A stretch of 64,000 nt of DNA from Guillardia theta CCMP2712 (taxonomy: Eukaryota; Protista; Cryptophyta). The translations under genes were made by a program, and so were the position numbers. Position 1 is the first letter of the stretch. Each line of letters opens with the position of its first letter. Shown here one piece after another: positions 13,860 to 26,026 of this stretch. The notes beneath the pieces were generated by a model that worked only from the letters and a program-made list of their open reading frames with translations, did no database searches and had not been told where the DNA came from. Location: NCBI RefSeq assembly GCF_000315625.1, contig NW_005434607.1:122825-186824 (forward strand), given 5' to 3'.

Positions 13860-15553
13860 CTAATCTTCCGCTTGATTGCCTTCCACGACAGCATCCTGCA
13901 TTCCACTGTCAAGAAGGCAAAACCAAGAGTCATCGCTCAACCTTTCCATCCCATTCAGGATACTTCGCAAAGCTGGGAGGCCAGGGTTTCAACTCTGAAG
14001 TTGCCTGAAAAGCAGCAATCACATTTCATGTCCAAGCACATTCATCAATCTCCACCTCCCGTCCGCGAAGTACATTGGAAAGGAACAAATCAATATCCGA
14101 AATCTACAGGGTAAAAGTGATTCTCATAAACTGACGGATTTTCGCAAGAATTTGACCTCGAACTTTCCTCGCATCACCGCGTACCGCCTCTTCGAAGGGC
14201 TGATTGCCACCAACGCGGGATAACCGAAGCCCAATCCCATCTTCTCTTCGAGCTCATAGCTTTCGCCGCCAGATGTCCACATGAATCGAAAAGTTCTTCC
14301 TACCTTCTTCTTGACCTCTGACAATTTGTTCAACCTCGCATTGCGTCCGGCGCTTTGGTCGTCCAATATTTGCGGAAGGAATGTCAAGACACAAATGCCA
14401 TGCCAATCTTCATTGCATTCGTCTTTGAACACTTTCAAGCTGTTGATTTCTGGTATCGGTCTCATGGTTCCAGTCGATTCGAGATGCATTGTGACATATT
14501 GTACTATATCACTCGCAGTCCTCCCCCCGTTGTAGTCAACTGGAATCTTCTTTCCGTCATTGTCGCTCTTGAAAAGTTTGATTGTCGGATATCCCTGGAC
14601 TCCATATTGTCCTGCTAGTCCGGTCTCTGCGGTTGCGTCTACAACCCCCAGCTTGAATTCTCCGGCCAATTGATTTGCTGCATCCTCCCACTCTGGTTTA
14701 AGTCGTTGGCAATGTCCGCACCACGGTGCCATAAATTGAACTAGCCAATCCTCTTTGCTATTCAACACCTTGGATTCAAAATCAGCTTGGTTCAGATGAA
14801 TTACATGCGATTTCCCTCCCGAACGCTGCCTTGAGCTGCTGGATTCCTTTTCGGAATTCACTCCTCCAAGCCTCCCCATCACTGCATCTTGGATCGCTTT
14901 CAGAGCGAATTGAGCTAATGCTTTCGCATTCCGTTGACCATTATAATCCTGAAGTAAATACTATCATATTCACGTTCAAGTCAAAGGTGAACTTACAGAA
15001 GGATTCCGTTTGTTCGTGCTGAAAAGTTTGATTGTTGGGAATCCTTTCACACCATACTGTCCAGCCAGGTCCTTATGTTCATCAGCATTCACCTGTTGCC
15101 CAACTAGTTAAAACGAACCATCGTATCAAAGAGAAGTCTGCGAACCTGCCCCACTTTGATTGAAGGCGATACCGCATCCGCAAACTTCTTCCATTCCGGA
15201 AAGAGGGCCTTCGCATCGCAAGTCAATTTCGCTATGGACGCAAGGAGCTTTTCCTCTTTTCACCTTGCAATGGCCGCACCAGGGAGCATAGAACAGAATT
15301 ACCCAGACATCCTGACTATCAATCTAAGTGGAGATAAGCAATTTCAGCCTGAATTCGATGTAGAGAGCATCAACAACAAACCACTCTTTGCTTGAACTCC
15401 TTCGCTGACAGCTCCTCGCCTCCAAGCGCACTCCCTTCACACCCATGAGGGAAAAGAGAGATCTAAAGCAGAACTCGTTAACGATGGTTGATATCTGGGT
15501 GATATTCTCACTAGGAACACAAGAAGTATCCCTGATGGCAAACTCCTCGACAT
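13860..15553 (-). CDS. PDIA6: Protein disulfide isomerase A6 (P5) family, multi-exon
   Basis: Spliced N-terminus [14 protein letters not shown]|[10 protein letters not shown] (signal peptide). First thioredoxin site [10 protein letters not shown] at ~15265-15292 and second [10 protein letters not shown] in ORF 14124-14882. P5-type C-terminal b domain ([19 protein letters not shown]...[10 protein letters not shown]) and WDGKD motif in the small 3' exons. The 3' end is approximate. Confidence 0.88.
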
Positions 15554-15970
15554 GTTGAACTGCCATGAGCGTTAAAATCAGCCCTTCCCAACTATCCTTC
15601 TCCACAAACTCGTTCGCCTCCCTGCCTCGCTGCCTCCCTCTGCGCCTGTCTGTGTTCCTCCATGCTCATGATGGTCACGTCACCATCGCCCCACCCCCGT
15701 CGTCGTGCCCGAGGCGAGCCTGCTAAAAATCCCTGACCGACCCTACACCATAACAGCGCCAAAATGCAGGATCGGGAACCTGACGAAAGATGCTTGCGAT
15801 GTAAGGAAGAATTCTGGAGGGTCCAGATGACGATGCAAGGAGATGCTATCAAATGCGTCAGCCTTGTGTCTAGATATAGGATCTTCCTTAACCAACAGAA
15901 GCGCTGCTCTGGTGATGTTGAAGCATTGTAAAACACAAACACACAGACTCGGACCTGTAACAGTCAAACT

Positions 15971-18900
15971 ATGATGCCTGCAGAGATTCCAATCTCTGAA
16001 AAAGTTAAGACAAGATTCAAACAAGGTTTCAGGACAGGAACAGTCCACCTAGAGAAAATGAAATTGATGTCAATTCCAGGTAAATCTCCGCTGATCAACA
16101 AACACAACGAAGAGATAATGGTGGTTGACTGCCTGTGTAGATGACCTCTTCAACAATCAATTACCCAATCTGATGATGATCAAGGAGCTATACCTTGAAA
16201 ATAATTTGCTTACTGTTTTACCTGATCTTATTGGAAACCTGTTCAATCTATACGAATTACGGTTGATGAACAACCAGCTTGTATGTGTTGATAGTTTGAT
16301 CCAATAGCTGCTCACACGATTTCGTAAGGTGTCACTTCCATCGACTTTAGGACTTCTAACGAATCTTCAACTATTGTTTCTTCAACACAACAACTTGAAT
16401 ACTTTACCAGGTCAGCAACCTCTCCTTGTTGAGTCATCTGACCGCCGCACAGCTGAGATCGGAGCCTGTATGTCACTGCGAGTCATTCTTCTCGATTCAA
16501 ATCCAGTCACTGAGATCCCGCCTCAAGTTGGTCTTCTCACCAAGCTCCGTGAATTGAATCTCGAGAATGTGACCACTCTACGAAATCCTCCGCAATCTGT
16601 GCGAAGCAGGGGGCTTCAAGCGATTCAGAAGTACCTGTCGTCTTTCTGTTCCGCTAAGGTCAGTCGCATCTCGTAAGTCCAGGAACTGATTCCTGCTCTT
16701 CAGGATACGTCAGAACTCACACTTTCAAACTATAACCTTGACCACATGTTGGTGTCAGATTTGCTTTACATTTCTATGATGCTGTGAAATCTGCAGGCCT
16801 GTAACCAAGAACTTACAACATATTGTTTCATTAAATATGCCCGGCAACCGACTTTCATACCTCGGTAAATTTCTCCATGCAATTGCAGTGATGTGACATG
16901 GAATTACCAGGCCCTTCCATTGTACGATTCTGCAATATCAAGAAAATCAATCTTGCAGACAATGCTATCGAATACTTTCCTTCTGAACTTCTGTGCCTTG
17001 GTACCCTCGAAGAACTAGATTTGAGCTTCAATCAGGTGAAAAACATTTGTGATAATGAAAATGCGTGTTCAAATCTTTTATTCATTAGATTCATTCGTTA
17101 CCAACCAATTTTCGATTCATGACAAAATTGACTGAGTTTCTGATATCTCACAATTCCATACGCCTGTTGGACTCAGGTGCTTGATGTTGCTCTGGGAAAC
17201 AAAGGATCATTGTCCAATGCTTGCAGGGCTTGGGGATCTCAATCAGCTCCGTCGTCTCGTATGTGCGGGAAATGCAATAACACGTCTCTCTCCAAATATT
17301 AGACTTTGCAGCGCTATGAAAGAGCTCAACATAACTTCAAACCGTGTTTCATTTTTACCAAAAGAACTTTTTGAACTTTGTAACCTAGAGGTTTTGGACG
17401 TATCTCGGAACGATTTGATTGAGATTCCTTCCAATATTGGGAATTGTACCAGCCTAAGAAAATTAATCATTGAAAGGTCTATGTGGCTTGCCATGAAATC
17501 GAAGTTTCTCAATCAGTTTGACAGGAACAAGATTGAAGTTCTGCGGAAAGAAATCGGAGCTCTTGAAGGTGACAAGAGAGGACAACGAACCACTTCTTGA
17601 ATTGCTATACAAAGATACGTTGGAAGTTTTCCGGTACGAAGAAAACCCTTTGCGTATCCCACCGAAAGATATCCGAATGAAGACGTCCAAGTTTGTTATT
17701 GTAAGTAAAATAGTGGGTTTCCAATCAATTTGATCAGACTTGTAGGAATACCTAGCAAGAATCTTGAAGGCTTCTTATACTGATGCTTTGGACCTTAGCG
17801 AACAGGGGCTCAGGGTGCGACATTGGAATTGAATCAGGAATTTCTAATTTTGGGTATAGGTGTTCCCTATTGAAGTATGGCAACTTGAAAAATTATCTCT
17901 TCTTTGCATGAAGAGCAATTCAATCAATACTTTACCCGCTGACATCAACAAGTTACAATCGCTGACTGAATTGGACATGTCTGAAAATCGGGTGAATTCG
18001 TCAAGCTTGTGCCTTCCAAACAATCTTGAAGTGACATTTCTTTCATCCAGATCGTAATTTTGCCTAGAGAAATTGGTGATTTAATGCATCTCAAAATTTT
18101 CTTGTCACATTCAAATCAAATTACAAAGCTACCAGATGGTAAGGCGGTGTACTTGTGTCGATGAACAATAATCAAATCAAATTCTAGAATTTGCAAAATG
18201 TTGCGAACTTATTCAGCTGGATTTGCACTCAAATAAATTGGTGGGCATGAAGCTGTTTTGAGTGTATTTGATTTATCGCTACAGGTGAATATTTGCTCGT
18301 GGATCAGTTGCTTTTCGGATCTGAAGATCTTGAACTTGAGCAATAATAGTCTGCAAGAACTTCCTCAGCAAATCAGTGACCTACACCATCTCGGGATGTT
18401 GGAGCTTGCGAACAACATGATATCTGTGCTTCCATTCGCTATGTTTCGCTTGACCTCGTTGTATTCTCTCAAGTTGACAAATAATCCTCTACAATCTCCA
18501 CCACCAGAACTTATTGATGCGCCGTTTCAAACTCTCCTTGATTACCTAAGGCAAATATTTGAAGCCGAAGATACGTCGACTTTGAACCTGTCTGGTAGGA
18601 ATTGCACAAATTCTGATTCCAAATTTGATGTTGTTTCAGGCTTTCTCTTGTTGGAAATTCCAGTCAAAATATTCGATCTCCGATCCCTTACTTCAGTGAA
18701 TTTGAGCTCGAATAGGTTGAATTTCTCAAACAGATCTGTATCTAAACAGTTTTTGACAGAATACGCCGTCTTCCTTACCAAATTTCAAATCTCATCGATG
18801 TACAAAGTTTGAATCTAGGAGAGAATTCAATGAGAGATCTGCCTGAGCAAATATCCTATCTGACCAATCTTACGAATCTGGACATAAGTCACAATGAATT

Positions 18901-21900
18901 TAGCTATTGGCCAGATGCCGTAAATCTCTGTGGTTTTTTGCGAGGTGAAAACACAAGTAATTGTATGCTATGCTGACATGAATTCTAGAAATCAAGATTA
19001 ATCACAATCTGATGCAAAGAATACCGCCTTCGATCAAGTCCTTGACAAATTTGGAGTTGTTGGATGTTTCAGACAATGATCTAGACAATTTGACTGATAG
19101 CATCGGTAATTTGCGGAAGCTGAGACGCATAACACTTGCAGGAAACAGACTGGCAGGGTTACCGCAGACTTTTGGAAACCTCACCAATCTCAAAGTCTTG
19201 GACTTGAGATCAAATCTGTTTGCTGCATTGCCTCAGATGATAGCTTTTCTTACAAACCTCGAAGACCTCAACATCCAAGAGAATAACATGGACATAGCAC
19301 GAGCTGAAATACCTGGTCTTGGACTCGTTGGAATGATTCGATACTTTCAGGTATACAATACGCTTTGTCACCCATGATTCGATCTGACTTGTTTGAAGGC
19401 ACTTTCCAGATGTGAGGTCACAGGAAACCTTAGCCTTGACGTTCTTGGAATTTACGAAATTCCAACTGAGGTTTTCAGCTTCTCTCAAATCACTCAGATT
19501 TCTTTGATCTGTAATTCCCTCACTGCCATCCCAAAGCAAATCTCAAATTTGAACCTCTTACGATCATTGACAATCAGATCGAATAAGTTGAACAAAATTA
19601 CAGAATCGGTTTCTCTGTTGACACAATTGCAGTTTCTTGATCTGAAGGGAAATGCGATCGAATTATTTCCTCCTTCTATTCTTCCATTGGGATCTTTGAC
19701 TTTCTTGGACATGTCAGAAAATCGAATTCGGGATGTTCACGAAGGTGTACACTTGCTCTCAAGTTTGCAGGATCTTCACATGGAATATAATAACATTTCA
19801 ATTATTCCACCCAACCTTGGTCGACTGTATCAATTAAAATGCCTTCATCTGCAACACAACGAAATTCAAGATATTAAAAATTCCACGGGCACACTAACAA
19901 ATTTAACTGACTTGGATATGAGTCACAATAAGCTGATTAAAATTGGGCCAGATTTTCGAGGGAATAAGAATCTTACAAGATTGAACATTTCAAACAATAG
20001 AATATTGCGGTTGCCTGCCGAAATAGGAATGCTAGAGCGGTTGAGGACTTTCCTGTTCATGCCAAATCCTTTTCAATTGCCTCATTCTCAATTGGTCACG
20101 TCGGGAAGCGAAATACTCCAAGAGTATTTGCATGTCTTGTCTTTGGCAGGACAAACAAACGAAGTTTCCATGGACGGTCTCGAGTTGCAAGAATATCCAC
20201 TTGAAACTTTGGAGTACAGAAACTTGACAAGTTTGTCCTTGTCCAATAACAGGATTCAATCTTTGCCTTCTAATATAAGTAAGCTAAGCAACTTGACCAA
20301 ACTTTGCATCACAGCAAATCACGTAGAGAAACTGCCCGATGCGATCGCGCACCTTACCTCGTTGTCACATCTGGAGGCTGACAATAACAAAGTTGTGACG
20401 TTCCCGAAAAAGCTTGGAAATCTAGCAGGAATGAAGGTTCTTTCCTTGAACCATAATTTTCTAGATTCGTTACCCGCGGATATTTATCACTTGACTAAAT
20501 TGCAGATTCTCGGTCTTTCTGGGAATCCTTTGAGGGATCCGTATAGGATTTTGGTTGAAAGAGGGATCTATTCAGTTCTTGAATTCTTTCGCAAGCTGGC
20601 AGAAGCAAATTCTTCAGGACAATTGATCTTGAACAATGCATTCGTTGATGTCATCCCTGTGGAGATACTGCCCAGAGATGTTACTTGCTTGGAGCTGAGA
20701 GGAAACAACTTTTCCAAATTGCCTGCATTTGCAGGGGAACTTGAAAGTCTGACGGAAATCGACCTTAGTGAAAATCGACTGCATTCATGGTCAGCTGAAT
20801 TTCCCAGTAATTCGCATCTTGAAAAACTCAATCTGCGAGGGAATCGCTTAAGAAATCCATTCGATGACCTTTTCATGGCCAAACGCTTGCGAATTTTGAA
20901 TATTTCAAATAATGAAATCACCTCCATTCCCCGAAACATATTCACTGACTTGATCAACCTAAAGTCTCTGAACATGAATTGGAATCTGTTGAGATTTGTT
21001 CCATCAATCAAAAACTTGACGGCAATCAATTGTCTTTCAGCAGTGGGCAATCGAATCGCATCTTTGGACTCTATGGAAGCCCAATTGGCTCCCCAATTGA
21101 AGGAATTGTGGGTTTCCGACAATGAGATTCTTGTTTATCCCACGTGGATTTTTGATAGAGGAATAATTGAGTATGTAGATGTCGATTTGAGAACACTACC
21201 CTTTGTCGAAGCAACTGCTGATGATGTGGACAAGAAGATAAAGGACATTTTGCGCACTTGGTTTCCTGGTCTACGCTTAGACATGTGCAATTTTATGTTG
21301 GACACTGTGCCAAAGGAAGTTTTCCAGAAGTTGAATTTGGAGAATCTTTACCTTTCCGGAAATATCCTGAACAACATCGACAAGAATATAGGAATGTTGG
21401 TCCATTTGAAACAGATATTTTTAGTTCATAACAGGCTGAAGGATCTTCCAGCTTCGTTTGGAACCCTCGTTGATTTGCAGCTTCTCATGTTGGACCATAA
21501 CAGATTCTCAATTATCCCACAATGCATTTTCAAACTCAAGAACTTGCTCAAGTTGACAATTTCCTTCAATGATCTGAAGGGTGAACTCAGTCCAGAGGTC
21601 GGATCTCTTCAGCTGCTGGAGATTTTGTGGTTGAATAACAATTCTCTTGATGTTCTGCCAGATGACATCGGCAAATGCCATAATCTAAAGGAGATGTGTC
21701 TAAAGCATAACAGATTGTATCATCTTCCAGAAACCATGATGTTTCTTAGTGGCCTGAGGTTGCTTGACGTATCTTACAACGCTCTCTCTACTTTATGTCT
21801 ACCACAACAACTCGGAGCCTTGACTGCTGTGCAGGAACTCATGCTTGAAGGAAACATGATAGATGCCACCGAGATTGAGTTGAAAGAAATAGGTAACTCT

Positions 21901-24900
21901 TCTTTTCTGCAAATATCTCGACGAATGTTGGAAAGTTATGAAAGTGGAACTCTGGATATGAATCTGATGAATATAAGCTCAATACCAACTCCAATTTTTC
22001 AAATGTCGCACCTTGTCAGCTTATTTCTAGCAGATAATCAGTTGAACGAGATCCCAGAAAGTATTTCACTTCTTACCAATCTAGTAACGCTTGACATATC
22101 TCGAAATTTTCTTCACTCCCTCCCCAGTGAGATGATCCACCTTTCGCTTGAGGTTTTCTGCATTCATGCAAATGAATTCGCTGCGTTACCCCTTATAATT
22201 TACAAATTTGGAACTCAATCTAGGATACAAAACGAATTGATGGATGTTGAAGAGAATTTGATCGAGGATTGTTCGTTGCTTTCTCTTGATGCCAGTCACA
22301 ATAGAGTGATAAATTTGTCTTCGCACTGTCAAAACATGAAGCAGTTGACAAACCTGAATCTGAGCGTGAACAAGATCACTAGGATTCCTCTATCGATACA
22401 GAACCTGACTAATCTTCAATCTTTGGATTTGTCAAAGAATGATTTGACGCTGATTCCTGCTGAAATCTCGAGATGTACGGCACTCACAAGTATAGAGTTT
22501 GAGCAAAATCAAATACGATTCTTGCCGAAGGCTATTGGAGCTCTGAAGAATTTGAGAACATTGAATCTCAAGAAGAACTCTCTCACTTCCTTGCCATTAT
22601 CTTTGTCCGACATACCGAATCTGTCTAATCTAGAGTTTCTGGAAAATGATATTGTTCTACCTTCCAGGGAGATTCAACTGTTGGGCACATCATTTATGCT
22701 TAGATATATGGCTTCGGTGAAGCTTGCCAAATCTACAAATAGCCTTACTCTTGCTGGGTTTTGTTTGAGTTCCATTCCAAGAGAGATTTTTCAGTTCAAG
22801 GGATGCGCTCAAGTGACGTCATTGAATCTCCAAGACAACAAACTATCGGAGCTCGAACTCAATGTAGCACAAATGTTTGAACGACTTGAAAAGTTGAATC
22901 TTGCAAACAATCATCTTTCAAACCTTCCTGCTAATTTCGATCTTCTGAAGTCATTGCAGCACCTTGTGCTAGATCAGAATCAATTTATGGAATGGCCAAC
23001 AATATTGTGGAAGATGACCAGCTTAAGACGTTGCTCAGTTTGTGAAAACAAGCTTTCGAGGATTCCTGGTCAGATTCTCCTTTTGTCAAACTTGACTGAT
23101 TTGAAATTTGACGAAAATGAAATCATTTTCCCACCAACTGAGATACGAATGCAAGGTTTTACTGTCATCTGCAAATACCTCCGATGTCTTCAATATTTCT
23201 CTCATGACACAGGATGTGAGATGAAAAGTCTGGGTTTGTCCACCTTTCCTTTGCTATGGGATTATCCAGAGACATCTTGGTTTGGATCTGTTCCAATTCT
23301 GAACTTAAAAGATAATCAAATAGAAGACATTCCGTCTGGAATCGATATCATGAAAGGTTTGTGAAATCATGCTCCTTTCTGGTTTTTCCTGACGTCTCTT
23401 GAATGCAGCATTGGAAGAGCTTGATCTTGAAGACAATCGAATCAATATTCTGCCGAAGGAGCTCTTTGATCTCGAAAAATTGAGGATATTGAGACTCTCA
23501 AACAACAGTTTGAAGGAATTTCCAGAGTTGACAAAGTTACATATATCTCTACGCTCCATTGATTTGTCAAAGAATAGACTGACTTCCTTTCCAAAAGGTC
23601 TGAACCACTTCCCTGAATTGAGGTTGATGAACTTGGACGAAAATATGATTTCAAACCTCCCTGAAGACTTCTCCGGATTGGATAATCTACAAACACTGTA
23701 CATTTCCAAGAATAGTCTTGAGATGCTTCCAGAAACTTTCACTTCTTTAACGGGATTGACCGAACTGAGGCTAAATCACAACAAGTTGAAGCAAATTCCG
23801 CATTGTCTGTTGCACATGACAACGGTCAGCATTCTCAAGCTTGAAGGCAACTACATAGAAAATATCACGGAAGAGATATCATCGAAATCCACAGCTACAG
23901 TGCTGCGATACAGAGAACTCTTAGAGAAGGCCAGGATTGACCATGTGCTGAACATCAATAATCTTGCTTTGCGCAGCGTGCCTCAAGAAGTGGGAGATTT
24001 GGTCACTTTGAAAATCTTGAACATTTCTAATAATCAAATTGTTGAAATTCCAGTATTTTTCGCACAACTTTTGCATCTTGAAAGTCTTGACCTCTCGTAC
24101 AATAAAGTGGAAAAGCTTCCTGATGTATGGAGTTCGTTAAAGAAGTTGAAATATCTGAGAATCAATTGCAATGCAGTCGAAGTTCTGCCCGAAAGTTGTG
24201 GATTGCTGGAATCACTCATGGGCTTTCACGCAGCCTACAACAAGTTCAAAGGAATCCCAGACAGCACTTCAAGATTAAGCTCTTTAACTGTCCTTGATTT
24301 GCAATATAATGAGATTTCAAAGTTTCATGATTCTATCTTTTCCTTGTTCAATTTAGTCAGTCTCAAGCTGAACAATAATATGATACGATCGTTGTTAGAC
24401 AGTGACGCCTGGGTGAATTTGAGCAAGATCCAGATATTGCACCTTCATTCGAATCAGTTGTACTCTCTACCTTGGGCAATTGGGAAGCTGGTAGAGCTCT
24501 CAGATTTCACGTATTACTCCAACGAATTGCATACGCCAACACCTGAAATCCTTGCTGGGGGAGTCCAAAAGGTAAAGCTGTACATGAACAAGGTAAATAA
24601 AAGCAAAGAAGATCAAACTTTGGATATATCCAAAATGGAGCTTTCAACATATCCTCTCGAGTTGAAAACCTTTCAATCCATTACCTCGTTGAACATGTCT
24701 GGAAACAGGATATTTGAACTTGACGAGGTCATCTCACAGATGAACATGATGCAATTCCTGGATGTCTCTCGGAATGCTCTTCACCGCCTTCCAGAAAGCT
24801 TGGCTAGATGTTCACACTTGAATAAGATAATCGCCAGCCATAACCGCATCAAGATGATTCCCCGATCCTTTCGTCAGCTGAATCGCTTGCGAGAATTGTA

Positions 24901-25534
24901 CATAGACAACAATTGCCTGGAAGAATTTCCTGCGTATCTAAAGTTCATGAATCAGATGATGCGCTTGGAAATTCAGAACAACGGCTTGAAAGAATTAGGC
25001 TCAGAATCAGCGAACTACACTGACGTTGACTCGAGTGGCAAGCAAGAGGTGGCCCTTTCAACTTCTTCAAGTAATCAACTCATCTACCTTGAGGCCAGTG
25101 ACAATCAAATCACATCACTCCCAAGATGGATCCAGGACTCTAAATCTCTTGTCAGGTTAGGTTTGGACAACAACATGATTCGATTCCTGCCATCGGGTAT
25201 CACACAATTGACCAATTTGAGGAGTTTTGTGATGAGGAACAACGACTTGCAGCAGCTGCCTCTTGAAATTGAGGCCTTCTCCAGCTTGGTCGAGCTACGA
25301 CTTGACAGAAACGGTCTTGCGAACCTCCCAGGCACGATGCAGTTTTTACAGCAGCTGAGGTATTTGTCCTTGGCAGAGAACAATTTGACGGGGAGGTGGA
25401 ACTTCTTTCCGATCCAGTACCTGTCGAACTTGATTGAATTGAGACTGGCAGGAAACTACTTGACTGCTCCTCCTCGTGGAGTCGGCAGATTGAAAAATCT
25501 CCTCTTGTTCGATTGGAGACCGAAAGAAGAATAA
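15971..25534 (+). CDS. Giant leucine-rich-repeat protein (~3000 aa, multi-exon)
   Basis: LxxLxLxxNxLxxLP repeats run through many small exons (16.0-19.4 kb) and two large exons (ORFs 19393-23364 and 23399-25534, joined by a ~50-bp GT-AG intron). Likely start MMPAEIPISEKVKTRFKQGFRTGTVHL at 15971. No Roc/COR, kinase or TM domain seen. Both ends are approximate. Confidence 0.85.
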
Positions 25535-26026
25535 AGGTTAATCCTTGTAAGTTTCAACGATGTGATCAGCCATTCGCCTCCTCACTCCTGCAAGGTGTAG
25601 ATGGGGGCTACTGTCCTCATGTGAAAATCAATGCAAGTCTTGAAACAAGTCATCTACTTGCGTGAATGGCTTCGAAAATCGGACTCATTCACTCCACCTC
25701 TCCTCTGGAGCAAGACTGCAGCAAGACTCGTAGGTAAAGAGGCATGAGGGAATCATGCTTAGCTGCAGTGCTCGAACAAGGGTGGAAGGGTCTGCTAGAT
25801 CAGAGCAGCAGCAAGTCGTTTCAGTGGACTCGTAGATGCTGCGAGACTGTAATCCCTTGTGCCGATCTAACACCAAGACTCCTAACGCCTCCGCAAGTGC
25901 CCCGTTAGGCACCCTACGGTAGAGCAGCTGTTCCTCGAGTCTCGCACTAGTAGTTTTACCCTATCGTCGACCCCTGCTTGATAAGTAAAAAATCAGAGCA
26001 CTTGCCAAGGGAAGTGGAATGGCCAG

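Noticed and set aside
16125-19377. Fragmented LRR ORFs as a pseudogene
   Set aside because: The breaks coincide with ~50-bp GT-AG introns.
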